DNA of 64,000 bases from positions 950,803 to 1,014,802 of the forward strand of contig NMRA01000020.1 of NCBI GenBank assembly GCA_002633005.1, given 5' to 3'. This DNA is from Phoronis australis. Taxonomy: Eukaryota; Animalia; Phoronida. Each line of letters starts with the position of its first letter. Within the stretch, counting starts at the first letter, position 1. Of the stretch, positions 50,447 to 64,000 are shown piece after piece. The position numbers and the translations under genes were made by a program. Under the pieces are notes generated by a model. That model was given only the letters and a program-made list of their open reading frames with translations, was not told the origin of the DNA and searched no databases.

Positions 50447-52744
50447 CACATTGACTTCTGTTATTTGACACTGTCTTTTTTATGATGTCAAAAGCATACT
50501 AGGACACATGCAGCAAGCCCCAACCACCTCGCCTCTAAAAATACAAGATTGCACACATGTGAAAATGGTGATAATTGTGAACAGTTGTTATGGAAAGTCA
50601 TTGACACATCAACAGCGCAAAACAAAGGACAATGGATAATTAATAAAGAAATTTGAAGACAGACTATAGTGGTCATCAACATACACTTGAACCACTTGGG
50701 TTTTTGTAGAGTGTGAGAAGATGTTGCCAAATTAAGATGTTAGTCAGAACCTTGGGCAGTCACTAGACAATTGGGTGTAAAAGCTATTCAAAAGCAAAAG
50801 GAAATGAAAAAAACCTGAATTCAGCTTGTGACAGTATGCTATTCAGCACTTGGATCAAGGCAAGGTTTACGCTTGGAAATAATAATGGTGATATTTCGCT
50901 GACGGTCGCAAGACCTCTTTGAAACTCTCCAGTGACTTTACTTTAAGTAAAACTGATACCGGGGAGGGTGCGCAGACTATGAATCAAGTTACAAGAGGGT
51001 AAAGTAATGTCAAACAATTACACTGTGTCTGTAAATGTTATGTGTCCGACATGTCCACCATAACTTCATTGCAGCTAAGACCAAACTTAAAAGAGACTCT
51101 GTCAACACTGATACCCAGTTCACAAACTGCTCAGGCATTTTCACTAGCATTTTCTCAGTTGCAAAAACGCCAGTCATGTGAATGGTTGCACGTATCACTT
51201 TCGCTAACACTTTGCTGCAAGTTTGAGTTACCCCAAAACAACTGGTATTTTTAGCAGCTTTTTTGTAGCCAGGCCGTTTAACTTCAAAAAAATTGCATGC
51301 TTATCGTCGCATTAATCAATTTATGGCAGAGAATGAAGAGCTTTGATATCAAATTTTGATTAAAAGCAAGTGGGGCGAAATGAACCAAATGCTGACGAAA
51401 AAGACTCCTTGGCCGACGGCTCATCTAGCTAAGATGCTCACGTTTTAGCCAGTGAAACTGCTAGCATTTCTTTAACTGATGTGAACCTGATGTGACATCC
51501 AGCACACGCTACATTTCAGCAATACTGTAGTAAAATTGTCTTCACAAACATGATGTAACCTGAACTCAAAAAAACAACTTTCGCAGAATATGAGCACTTC
51601 CACTATAAAATTTTTTAAGAAATGTTAAAAGTCATTTGAATTTCTGAATAGTCTGTATGTTGAAATAGTCCTTTGCATTTTTTTGTGTTTTGACAATTAC
51701 GCAACTGGTATTAACTACACTAATGCAGAAAGTAATTTTATGTTTTTTGTTTGGAAATTTAATGTATAAATTACCTAAAATTCCACTAAGTGGTTTAGGG
51801 AGGATTTGCAACATCAATTGCATGAAATGTAATTTAATTTTCAACTACTTACTTTGATGTGATTTTGAATTTTAACAGTTAGCAAAAAGTTTGGGCCGGG
51901 TCCTGCAGTCCAAGACTCTAACGACACAAGCAAGCATGCGATAAAATTTAATGGTTATAGACATGTAGGTTTAATTTCAAGGATGTCTGCTTCCTGAACA
52001 CATGAACACCAGGTGTTTCATAAATGCACTGTAATATCAGAACACAATTCAAAGGATTCTGGGTAACTGTTGCCTACACCTCATGTCCCTGCTAACAAAG
52101 TTGACTTGGGCAGAGGAGGTGGCTGAAGGTTCCAGGGGCGGATCCAGAATTTTGGGGTGGAAGGGCAGAGTATTAGAGAGGATTTTGTCCGTCAGACATT
52201 TGCACCCCCGTACTACCAAATGGAATTTTAGGGGGAGGGGGGGCCATGGCCCCTTTGGGCCCCCTTACATAAATAAGCGGCTGGGTTCAACCAGTTGAAT
52301 TTTTCCATCTAGCCACTAGACACAATAGCAACAGTGATATCTAATGAAAACAAGATCCATGGAAGTGGTCCACAATAGTCTTCTGTCTGCTGTATAACAA
52401 TGTGTAGTATGTTCTAATGAGTCATCCAAGGTTATGGCATTTCAACTTGCAATTAATGCTGCACCAGCTGAGGGCAACTGGAGGTAGGTGAAAGGTGTCA
52501 TTAAAATTCCATGTATATCATCTGCCTTAGGCATTGAACACACAGGTGGGTAATAAACTGTTACTGAAAAGTTTCTGAACAGTTTACACATTCACCTGCA
52601 CAACATGTACACCAGTAGGAAGCATTAATCTGACAATTTTGTCAAATGAAGAAAAAAAACACACACCCCCCCCCCCATTTACTTAGTTTTAAGCTCTGCA
52701 ACATTTAACTTGGGATTGAATTAACAACTCCAGTTTTTGGAAGT

Positions 52745-52791
52745 GTTTCATTTTGTCGGTTTCATTTTGTCGGTTTCATTTTGTCGGTTTC
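52745..52791. repeat. 14-bp tandem repeat, 3 copies
   Basis: Unit GTTTCATTTTGTCG. Confidence 0.85.
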
Positions 52792-54661
52792 GAGAACAGT
52801 ACAACAAACTTGCAGGATTCACAGATGCGTGAATCCTGAGCATGGTTCCCAAGTGGTTCTAGATCAGCGCCTGGACAGCTTTTTGTCCAGAAAGTGATGG
52901 GTTCCATCATAAATAAGCCTCTCTAGTAAATAAAGTTTCCCAGGAAGTTCCCCAAAGCACTCCTGTGGAAAACAATACAATTTTAAGAAAATGGGTCTTG
53001 TTCATGCACAAACTTTTTTAACATTAAACCTTACAGTTAATTAATTTATAAAGAAATGTTTGTGCATTTCGAAGTGTCTTGAGTACGGTAACTCTTAATT
53101 ATCAGGGTAATTTGGGTCAGGCCTATTCATCAAATCTGGATATTTATTAGGTTTTGGTATTAGTTACATATTAACTGATTAATTTGATGCAAAAACAAGA
53201 TCACTGCAATAAAATGTACGGGCAAATACCGACTTACTCAAATGTCAGCTCTAGAGAAGTTATGCATGAGCGAGATTAGTTACACTTATTTCGCTGAGAT
53301 ACCACATTTGCTACTGTTATTTCCCAGTAACAGTGTTCCCTGTATAGCAGGGAATGTGAACGAGTAAACTTCGTAAATTTTAGCAAAAAAAAGAAAGGCA
53401 CATCCATAACAAAACAAAAGTAATAATATCATGACTAAATTCCAGTCAATATCAATGTTCAAGATCAAGTCTCAAAATGCTGAACATAGTTTTCTAAATT
53501 ATCATTTTGTTTTTGTTTTTTGTAAGAGTATAATTTTTGATATCCCCACAAAGCAAAAGTGCAGAATTTAAAGACCATTTCTAATTTAGTATTTTGGAAA
53601 CGGCGCATACAGTAAGGCATCTGAAAGTTTCAATCCACTCAGCCACTTATGAGTTATGATGTTCCAAAGATTGCCGAATATGGATATTTTTCTAGACCAA
53701 CTAAATAACCTTAAAGTTCTACAATTCCACTTGTTGTGAAGTCATATATCACCAAAGGGAAAGAGTAACTATGTCCACCGGTTCAACTATTTTCAATTAC
53801 ACTTGAATAGTGGACACAAGGTGCAATCAAATTCCCCAGTTTGGGACAATCCTTAAACCAAAATTCAAACAAGCCAAAATTGAATTTTCGTGAGTCTGGG
53901 GGTTGGGACATACATGCACTTTTGGCATTGATAGTCTCAAATATCAGACGGTGCATTTTGTACCAAGAACAAAATCTGAAAGTACACATGGTAGTTCACA
54001 AAATAGTTGAAAGCAGTTGACATGGGTTTGGAACCACCAATATTACCTACTTCTGAATTACGGTACAAGCTTCGACTTTGAGCAAAAAATTTTTACTGTT
54101 CCAAACTGAAGAAATTTTATGGAACTCAGTATTGGTGACTCCAGAATTTAGACAATGTTTGTGAAAACACTAAACAATCATGCGAGATGCTTTAAATCAT
54201 TTAAAGCGGCATCTCAACAGATCTTTAAAATGAACATCGGCTTACACCTGTGAAATTTATCTCAACTTGTCATCGGTCAAATCAGGGGTAATTTTGGGGA
54301 CTTCAAAAGAACTGAGTGTTTATTAGGCCTATTGCTCGAGACCAGGCTCTAGGCCTACAAGTTGTTATTTAGTGTGTGGAACATGGTCTCAAGGAAAAGC
54401 AAACTGTCACTGCCAGTTAGGCCTAATGGTTTAAGCACAGAAATCACTTCTAAACTGAGCAAGGACCAAGTGGGAACCAAACTGATTGTCATCTATCAAT
54501 AAAAAGTTTGCTTCTTGAACAGAATGCAAGTTTATATCCACTTCACCAAATGCTCAACCAAGACTTCAAGGAAAGCAAGACGAGCTTTGACCATAACTGT
54601 TTGCAAACCATCAGCACGCCACGTACTCTTAGTCTAAGTCAACGAATAAAACTTTACTCAC

Positions 54662-54768
54662 CTGCCCAGAACACTTTGAATTGTGTAGACATTTGTTACT
54701 TGGTCTTGGCGAATTTTCGATGAAATTCTGTCAGTTATTTGAGTCAATCCGTTCATATTCTCATCCAT
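54662..54768 (-). CDS. STK17: DRAK/STK17 first coding exon, 31.5 kb upstream of exon 2
   Basis: gtaATGG...CTG GGC AG|gtgagt, 107 nt, phase 2. Encodes MDENMNGLTQITDRISSKIRQDQVTNVYTIQSVLGR, which completes the Y......LGRGKF Gly-loop. An in-frame stop lies upstream at 54841-54843. Confidence 0.88.
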
Positions 54769-55270
54769 TACTTCCGCATTAATACTTTCAGGTGATACTT
54801 GGCGAATGTTTCCTCGTTTCCAACTTGCAGTGACCACTGACTAGTAAGGTATTTAAAGAAAAACGTCTGGCGTCCGTCTCGTCATTTGCTTTTTGCAACA
54901 GCGTTCGACCAACAAGACTACTGTTTACTTTCTGCTAGCCTCTGGTATTTGGATTCCTTAATGTGAAGACTAAATTCGATTTGTAAGCGAACACAAACTG
55001 ATGAGCCGAATGACAGCAGCCGGAGGGCAATTCCTGACGAGACAGTTTTAACGACGAAACAAATGTCTAAATCTCCAAGATTTCCACAATGGTTTGCAGC
55101 TGGATCCGGTTTTTCACTTATTCAAAATACGGAGGTTTCGAATATGTTACCATTTTTTGAAAATTTCCAACAGCTTTCTCACAATTCCCACAAAACTTCA
55201 CAGGTTTCCCAGGCGGCTAACAGGACCTTACTATTGACTGTGCTTTATGAATGGAAACTTTGAGAACCGC

Positions 55271-55340
55271 TTGTTTATGACGTCACACTTTCGCGAATTT
55301 CTAATCTTCAGTTGACTTTGGGCACAACCATTTTTATAAA
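55271..55340 (-). promoter_or_regulatory. Possible DRAK promoter motifs
   Basis: Full CRE TGACGTCA (55278-55285) abutting a forkhead-like TGTTTAT, plus TATAAAA on the minus strand at ~55332-55338. About 500 bp upstream of the ATG; TSS unknown. Confidence 0.35.
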
Positions 55341-56307
55341 TGAATTAGATACTATCAACAGTAAATTAAGCAAAATTTTATTTGCTAATTTATTTGACCG
55401 TTAAACTTGTCAAAATCATGGTAAATGATTGAAAAATTAATTGCGAAACTGACACATGTTAAATTTTTATCACACAAAAGATGTCGCTATACTAGATTAT
55501 ATACTTCAGCGCCCCGAACCGTAGAAAAATAAAACTAATCCAGAAACGCGAACCGAGACTGTAGAGACCTCTCGGTCTCAGATGTGAATGAAACTTGTGC
55601 AAAACAACAAAAAAGCGTATTTTTTAAATTTTAAAAATCACTGTAAACTATTGGATACACACAACAAAATTTTTGCCTTTTCATAAACATTTGTTCAAAA
55701 GCAGGTGTGATGAAGTTGATAAGACAATTTTCAACAACGGATTTTTTCGTCGATGTAAATTCTATCTCGACACTGTTCATAGGATATGTCCTGGTATCGT
55801 AGCGGATTTATCAGCCTAACCATTTTGTTGTGCTATGTTGATACTCCTGACGTGTATCTACCAGCCGACAATAACGCTGGGAGCTGCCACTAACTTTTGA
55901 ATGAGAACCAGAGAGCTCAACAAGTTCAGACTTGATTCTTAAGTTTGTTCCTACTTTGTTAGCAATTTTCTTGGCCAAATATTAAAAATCACTGATTGAC
56001 AGCCATGTTTTCTTATATGGCCAAGGACACAACTTTTTGGTCAGCTGGCTTATAATTGGTACACATCTTGTTTAAGACAAAAAATGAAAGGGATATAATT
56101 ACAGATTTGACAATCTGTATCCAATCTATTATTCACAGCTGATTATTTGTTTACGCACATAGTATGATTTATTCCATCAATCGAAAAGTAACTCGGTTGA
56201 GCATTCCCATTACAGGGCCAGGCTTTCAGCATCCACAGGTGATGTACTGCGGAACCGCTTCTCCACACATTCTCTGATAGAATAAACAATGGTACTTAAA
56301 ACATACT

Positions 56308-56464
56308 CCTGAGCTGAGTTGCATAAAGCTTCAAAAGATATCCGCTGGATAAGTTTGATTGTTGCTTGACGTCATGAGCATTGTTCATCAATAACAACGT
56401 GACGCTTGATCATGCGACGTCATTGTTGCTATACGGCGTATAACTTTTATGCAACTGGGCCCTG
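56308..56464. mobile_element. Small MITE
   Basis: Imperfect TIRs CTGAGCTGAGTTGCATAAAG ... TTTTATGCAACTGGGCCCTG. Confidence 0.55.
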
Positions 56465-57715
56465 ATATTTTTAATACTAATTTTTTCTTCACATTTGTGT
56501 CATACTTTGGAGTTACAACTTCGAAAAGGTGCTTTTCCGAGAACAATTGGAGTCTGCTTTAAGGGATTGTTTCAGAACTTCTTGTTGAAGCATGGGTAAC
56601 CCAGATTTTGGAAATTTTAGGCAATATTCCCAAAGTATGTTTACTACATTGAAAAGCTTGGGATACGGCTTCATGAGCGGTGTTTGGAGGACTTCCCCAA
56701 GGAATGCTCAGAACTGATTCGTCTTACCTCAATTCTGGTTCATTCCAGTGGTAGGCTCATCTCTGTTACGTTTTATGAGTTAACCTTGCGCTCCAAAATT
56801 GCCGCGGCACAAATTTTTAGTCTCTATTGCCAGTGCGCATGTACACTTTGCCGGTGACTTGAGTTTGTGACGGAAATAAAATCCTATCACGATGACGAAT
56901 ATTACAAGATTTTCCTTTTTAGCCAGCTAAACAGGGTAAATGCAGCTTTAATATAAAATTATTCAATTTCACAAACTCGGGAAAAGAAAGGTAATCGATT
57001 CCATAATTTCTCTCGACTCCGTAAGGGACCCTTAAGAAGAAATAAAAGTTAGGAAAAGCGTGGTCATGGATTTCGCCAACGAGCCTCTTGCAATGGCTTG
57101 GGCTCCTTACCTGAGATTAAATTCTTAATTTATATTTAATCTATGCCCTAACTATGTAAGCATATGTAATTTCAAAAACAGGAACTGGGTAGCAATTGAT
57201 GCTATCATCAGCGAATTACGCTTGAGGATCATGATTGAACAAACATTGTAAGGAGAAAAACTTTGAATTAAATATGAGTCAGCAAACTGAAAATTGATTT
57301 CACTTCTAATATTTTACAGCACTCAAGGTTACTTTTCACAAGATTAATTAATTAACATTGTCAAATAATGGCTTCTTTTCATGAGTTGTTATTGGATGAC
57401 ATATATGTGCCGTTCTAAAGTCTGCTGTAACTGTGCCATAACATCTAGAGATGCCAGACAAACGGACCTTTTGTTGCACTTGTCATTCATGCTTACCTGG
57501 CGTTTGCGTAAATGAAATTGTCATGTTGCAAATTTTGTTCTGATGTATTGCTGAGTTCTATGGTTGACCATATGCAATGTGTGGTCTGGACTTGAAAGGT
57601 GACTGGTACTAAGAAGTATTGTTGGTTGAAGAAAACTAATCAGGAACGATTTAATTAGCGAATTATGTGATATTTACAGCAATATATACAGAATCCAGAA
57701 ATTTCTTTTCTTAAC

Positions 57716-58022
57716 TTAAAAGGATCATACTAAACCCTGTTTTGGTGACTTCGACCAGTCCTCGTTCTGTCACCTGCTGATGTATCAATGAAGTCCCCCA
57801 TAAGTTGAGTGATAAAAGAAAGATTGAAGTAATCTCATCCTCTCCAAACGTAGGGTCACGCTTACCCATTTAGTAGTCTTTGAAAGGAATTCTTATTTTT
57901 TGGTCCAAAGTTTTGAGGGTTGTCGAGGGTTACAGAGCAATATTTTGTTTCAGAAAACTGGATGGGAAGGTCATTATTAAAATCTGTTAATAGGCCCAAA
58001 CCGGGGTTGCTATCCTTTCAAA
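57716..58022 (+). mobile_element. Kolobok-like MITE, copy 1
   Basis: TTAA-AAGGAT..ACTAAACC ... GGTTGCTATCCTT-TCAA. Homologous to 63001-63372. Confidence 0.6.
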
Positions 58023-59059
58023 ACATCGTCATTGAGATAGCTCAACAGTGTAAAAGGTAAACACTTCAGAACGATCAAACATTAGAATGACAGATCAAAC
58101 ACAAAATGACGAGTGATTACTACTTCGTTGTGGGGAACAAGTTTCCTGAGCCATATCCACGCGATTTAATTGTTAGAAATGCGAGCTTTCTTCAAGTTGC
58201 AAATTCACTGGACATATCATTACACTGGTTGCAGTTTAGGAATTTACATTAGACTCATTTTTTTCACAAGAATTAATGATACTGTCGTGTGTGCTACCGT
58301 AAACAAGAGACATTGGAACAAATTTTACGATTGTTATGTTATTAAAGAAAGTGGACTCTGGAATATAATGATATTATTAACAAAAAGACAATCTTGCTTG
58401 GAACACCTGTTGCATAGTTTTCATCATTCGAGAATGAAAACACTGGGACAACTGGACAGAAAAGCATGACACCCGCATAAAAAGCGGGAAGTCTGGATCT
58501 ATATCAAAAGGCAATGGTGAAATGTTCGCCGCAACACACAAAATGTCCCGACAGCATTTTTGTCGAAGCTTGTTTACAGGTGTTGTAACAAACAAAAGCT
58601 ACCGACGACGTTTTTTGATTTTTACTCTAACATGAAATTGCATTAAATGTCCCGTGCCTTTCTTTTCAGTAGAACGGGAAAGTAAATATGTTTCATGTGG
58701 GAAATCACACGTCAGTTTCACTGTTTGACAAAAAGCGAGACATTTGGATGGTGTAGAGGGGTGGAGGTAAATTCAAAGTGGGACAGCCCGCCAAGAGAGG
58801 GACAGTTGGCAAGTACGCTGTCGGTAACACAACGTATTGAATTTTTACAAGGTATGAACTCATTTCTTTTTATGTACTATAGATAACATTACTGTTCAGT
58901 CATATGAGCAACAGGTAAACATTGCGCAAAATGAATTATGTTAGAACCGATACAAAACAGAAATAACACATACATGCACACGCATACACACACCTACATC
59001 TCCCACTACTCCAGACTTGCCACTTGCCAGTCCCATTGACACCATTCCAACTTCCCCGC

Positions 59060-59560
59060 AACCACGAAATAACCCTATATAGATCAAGATGTGGTCTATT
59101 CCTAAACAACGAGAAATTTAGACATACTTTCTTTGCTTGTGAGGTATGCAAGGAGGAGAGGGTATAGCTCTTCCAGGCACTCGAACAATACCCCAATGTA
59201 TATAAAAAATATTCTGAAATTCCGCAATTGTACAACAAAATTAATTTCTTTCTTTATGGATGTCAAGAACTTAACTCAAACGAAAATAAGGTTTTATTTG
59301 AAATAGTATCAGAATTTCTTTATAACATTAAATCTCTTTGTGTGAGAGGATAGAATGTTATACATCTGTATGAAAATGAATTATTTTCATTCGTTGTCAT
59401 ATATCATTGTATTCTTAACATCAGTTTTTTTATTTATGTATTCGTATATAATAATTGTCTATAGACTTCTTTGTATTTTTTACCCAGATCTAATGCCTCT
59501 TGGCGCTTTCTGGGTTATGTATATTCATTGTATTCTGAAGATTTCGTAATAAACATTAAA
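59060..59560 (+). mobile_element. 3' remnant of a LINE (end of ORF2 and 3' UTR)
   Basis: Across frameshifts: SRCG...E.FRHTFFACEVCKEER..LFQAL...LYGCQELNSNENKVLFEIVSEFLYN, the typical C-terminal CCHC-knuckle/LYG...N..IF..V..F tail of non-LTR ORF2. AATAAA follows at ~59548. Confidence 0.55.
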
Positions 59561-61237
59561 AAACCCACACACCCCCCACACACACTCCTTGCTACGCAAA
59601 TAAATGCACGAGTATAGTTTTTCGAAAATTGCGTATAAACACACATGTAATAGTAAAATTTTAATTTATAATTGCAGATCGCCCAAAAATATTTACTTAG
59701 CAAACTATTAACGTGAAGTTTTTTATATTGTCGACAGTAGTTGAAGACTACTGCCACGTGTCGATCCGTGTCAAGGAATGACTAGCGCTGTCGTCGGGTA
59801 TGTTGAATAATTTTGCCGAGAATTCGCTGATTGTCTGGAACCGCACCTCAAGACTCTGGATGATTCCATTATGAACAAAACTGGCAAAATGAAAACGAAA
59901 CGATGAAATTAATCGTGATTTGATAACTACAACATTCCAACATTCCACTAAAACTCATTGGAGCGGACAGCTGGCCGGGAATTTCCAATAGCTTGCTTTG
60001 GAGTCAACATTTTCGAGCCACAGTTAATACGATTTTGTATTCTGTTGACAAATGGCAACTTTTTCATTATTTTCTCAGTTAAGCTGTAATTTTACAATTA
60101 CTTTCGGAAAAGAGCCAGCATTGTTGATTTGCCACGTGCCGGAAATAACTTCCTATGGATAATAACAGGCATATATGGGCGACATCGTTTTGTTCGAGCA
60201 CTCCAGTTAATTAGTATCAGTTACTAATGAATGTGACATTCTACCCGGCCTTGTCTGCTATAAGAAAGCCAACGTTGAAGACGAATTCTAGATATGTTTT
60301 GCGTAATTTCCATTTGAAAATTAAGAGTTTCATTTCTAAGTCTCTACATAACAAATTCCTGTTCCCATTTTTTGCGAAAAGCCGTTGTTGGCATGACACG
60401 TGACAAATCCACTGACAAGTGTGAGCCTGCCTGCTTGGTTTGTTTTCACTGAAAGGGATTAAAAAACTAAAACCAAGAATACATAATTGCAGGTTACCAA
60501 CTAGAGCCATTGGATGTACATATATTTGAACAACGGTGTTTTCAAATGAAATTATATTTTATTTCACTAGAAAGTTTTTACATTTTAAACTACTTCGATA
60601 GTCAAATTTCCGTTGTTTTCGTTCTTAACAGGACTCAGTGGGAGAACAGCGTAATGTGTTGAAGAGGGACACTGTAACTGCTAAGTATTGTGAACTGTTG
60701 GTAGCGTAATCATAAGAAATGTCAAGTTTTGAATCATGATGTCATTAATACTGAACTATAGTACGTTTACCAATCTATTTTGAAAAACTGAAGAATCACT
60801 GTTGCTGAAGTCAGTTTACTTCCTTGTTAATTACAATTCGATGAGTGACAACTTTTGCACACTCGGCTGTTGTTCATTTCGTTCACACTCCTTCAGTTTC
60901 AGTAGGCCATGCATGTATAATTAGTTCATTAAGGTAATCGGATTGTTGCAACTCAAATCAGCCGCGTAGTGTACCTGTACGTTTTATAGGTTCTGTCTAC
61001 GTTTAATTACTCTAATCATGCAATGACAAATACAACAGTTGATTTCACTTGAAAGAATTGATTTGTTGAAACAGGCAACAGGGAATATTAGCATTATTTG
61101 TCATCGCGGGAGATTTTGTCCTGTGCGGGATTTTATTTCCGTAAACACTAAAACCAAGATTCCTCCGTGCAAAGTGAAGCTGAAAAATTGATTTCACACC
61201 GTTGTCATCAGGTGGCTTTTTCACCAGGAAATACAAC

Positions 61238-61480
61238 GAGAGAGAGAGAGAGAGAGAGAGAGAGNNNNNNNNNNNNNNNNNNNNNNNNNNNNNNNNNNNN
61301 NNNNNNNNNNNNNNNNNNNNNNNNNNNNNNNNNNNNNNNNNNNNNNNNNNNNNNNNNNNNNNNNNNNNNNNNNNNNNNNNNNNNNNNNNNNNNNNNNNNN
61401 NNNNNNNNNNNNNNNNNNNNNNNNNNNGGGAGGGAGGGGAGGGAGGGAGGGGAGGGAGAGAGTGAGTGAGAGAGAGAGAG
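61238..61480. repeat. (GA)n/(GGGA)n microsatellite spanning an assembly gap (61265-61427)
   Basis: Seen directly in the sequence. Confidence 0.95.
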
Positions 61481-63000
61481 AAAGGATCAGACTCTAAGCG
61501 AAACTAATCATGTCGCATTATTCCGGTTTTAATTTGTAACTTGTGTAATCGGAATCGTGCCATTTTTCGAGTCGAGTTTCGAGTACATAGCTTAGATCCT
61601 CGACCCAGATCTTGCCGGCGCTTTTTTCCGTTATTGTATTCAAAACTATTCTTACGATCTTTTTATAGAGCATGAAAGGTGTTCATTGAAATAAAATTCA
61701 CAGGAAATCAATTATATTGATTTTATTTTGTTTGATTTTAATTAGCGGTGATTGGATAACCATTCATCTTTCTCTAAAATGCGTGTTGACATGTTGGGTG
61801 TCACGAAACTGAGTATATTTGCATTTTGAAATATCTGCGTGTGAACCTACATCTACTCATTTTTGTGCATTTAGACTTGTAAATAAGTAATACCGCGATC
61901 ACGCAAACATTATTGTTCTGTCTCCGTGGTCAGGCTGTCGCACTCGTGACAACTATAGGAAAACATTTTAAAAACTCAAAATCGCAGTATTATCGATCAG
62001 GAAGAACTCAAACGTCATCATAGCCCTGGAATGTAGCTCCAATCTATTCATGCTTAAAATTTAACCCCGACAGCAGCCATAATCACAATAATAAGGCATC
62101 AAGTCGGACAAGCGCGTCAATTTGGCCAGAGAAATGTGGCGGTGGTTTTGCCAACACTCGCAATTCGATTTAGAAGGGAAGCTCTCGGATTTTGAACAAT
62201 TGTCATACCTCCCGGAAAGGTGTCAAATTCACCATATTTTCCTGAAATTCCCCCGATTTAGTTTTCTGGAAATGTATTTTGCCGGGTTACCGAGGATAAG
62301 TGGCGACGGAAAGGACAGCCGATGTGCCTCACAGGGTTAATTTGCTGCCAACGTTACTGGGTATTTGTGTATGATCTTGAAATAATAAACAAGAGCAACG
62401 CAGAGCGTTGAAATGCGCCCACAGGTCTCATGGCATAAGACTTTTCTGCCGTAATAAATGTGCGGTCCTGACGGGTTAAATTTTGGTCCTGACCTGATAA
62501 GTTATAGTAGGTCCTGGCGTGATCAATTCCCGGTTTTGAGTTGTTTTTTTTTTGTCCTCAGTGCAGAGGTTTTAATTCTTGAATAGAAAACGTGTCCTGG
62601 ATTTTTCTCATTTGGCTGTCCATAGCCTAGTCTCCATGGTACTAGTCTACGTCTATAGCTCACGATACACAGTGCCCAATCGATTTTTAGACGTACCTTG
62701 TATACTGTAGAAGCGACTAGTCCAATAACGTTGTAGCTGTTTAATTAATGGGTGCTATATAACAGGGAAATGATCACGATTCGGTGTAAATACTTTAAGA
62801 AAGCTGAGAATATCCTGAAGCCACCGACTTCGAATATACTCCAGAATCCAACGACCTTCGTTTTCGACTCTGATTATCAGGTACGTATACACTGTACTGG
62901 CAATAAAAAAGCGACAATAGACCCGCCTTCCGTCCCAAAGAACAAAACTCTTGAATTGCGTTATTTACGGGTACGAAAACCACCACAATTTGTTCCTCAG

Positions 63001-63372
63001 TTAAAAGGATACTAAACCCTGCTTAGACGATTTCCACCAATACTCGTTCTGTCACCTGCTAATGCATCATTTGCGTAAAAATTCGAAGTTAAAGACAGGA
63101 TTTAACTAAAAACTCATACTCACTATGTCACACATTGGGCATCATGGTCCTTGATGGGTGGTCTTTTCCCACAGTTGCCGTGTAATTCGCAGAAAGCGTA
63201 GGTCACACTTGCCCGTTTAGCAGACTTTGAAAGAGGTTTTCAAATTTTCCTTCAGAGTTTTGAGGACAATCAAGGGTTACAGAGCATTATTTTGTTTCAG
63301 AGAACTGGAGGGGAAACTTAATTGTTTTCAATATCTGTTAATAGTCCCAAATCGCGTTTGGTATCTTTTTAA
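63001..63372 (+). mobile_element. Kolobok-like MITE, copy 2
   Basis: TTAA-AAGGATACTAAAC ... GTTTGGTATCTTT-TTAA, with TTAA flanks. Confidence 0.65.
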
Positions 63373-63723
63373 GTGAGAAGTCACTTCAGGGCTCCTATTG
63401 AGAGGCTTCACTTGTCTGGTCTCAACGACTAACGAATTATCATTTCTTTGCAAACCCATAAATTGCTTCTCATATCGGTACGGAACGCGTTCAGACAAAT
63501 TCAGTTACCGCATACAGTAATTTAGCCAATTCAAAAGTTCGCTTCATTGACGTAATGCGGGTTTATACAAATAGCCGCACTGGAATGTATTCTGGTGATT
63601 ATGTTGTTATTTTTGATTTTTTGACTTCGCAATAAAACAAAAATAATGTGTTAACGTTTTCTTCGTTTCATGGTCCGTGGGTATGAAAATTTCCCTCTTG
63701 TTCTTAAGGTCGATCGGAGGTTC

Positions 63724-63977
63724 CAGTGCCGGATTAAGCAATTGCGGGGCCCGTAGCATAAATCGAAGCGCCGGGCCACTACGAAAATACTCGTACGATG
63801 ATTATCTCGAAACAAACGAAAAATAGGTGTAATTTTCACTTTTGAGAAGGACAGCAATTGAGGCGGCTTTTAATGAGACAATGTGTCCACTGGGCATCGC
63901 TAGACGTTGATCAAATTGGTATTACTCAAACACCACTAAGCAGGGGCCCTGCACGTGTGTCAATTATAATCACCACA
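63724..63977. mobile_element. Possible hAT-like MITE
   Basis: Starts CAGTGCCGGATTAAG...GGGGCCC and has a degenerate GGGGCCC...TAATC at the far end. Confidence 0.35.
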
Positions 63978-64000
63978 TTTACACATTTAAATTCTTGCAG

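Noticed and set aside
50103-50471. Repetitive-protein ORFs
   Set aside because: Translation of a 48-bp AT-rich minisatellite.

Overview
This is AT-rich, intron-rich animal genomic DNA, probably from a polymorphic marine invertebrate (inference), with two assembly gaps. Almost all ORFs in the supplied track are spurious, and the real genes only appear after splicing. There are two minus-strand genes. (1) The 5' part of a transformer-2 (tra2/TRA2A-B-like) splicing factor: 5 coding exons from 9045 down to 141, continuing off the left edge. (2) A complete DRAK/STK17-type death-associated Ser/Thr kinase, 54768 down to 15143, about 361 aa, with a ~31.5 kb first intron. The main discovery is in the kinase. 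The exon encoding the end of the catalytic loop, the DFG motif, the activation loop and the P+1 loop is present as two tandem, intact, diverged 127-nt copies: 4A 19163-19289 with DFG...GTLDY and 4B 18248-18374 with DFS...GTPDY. They must be mutually exclusive to keep frame. The surrounding introns carry several complementary segments that could form competing RNA stems masking one or the other 5' splice site. The rest of the window is non-autonomous DNA transposons (TA-TSD, hAT, Harbinger-like, Kolobok-like), a decayed Academ-like XPG/Cys-rich ORF, a LINE 3' remnant, minisatellites, a 73-bp perfect palindrome upstream of tra2, and a probable haplotype-duplication artefact around the first gap. 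All calls were made by eye without database searches.
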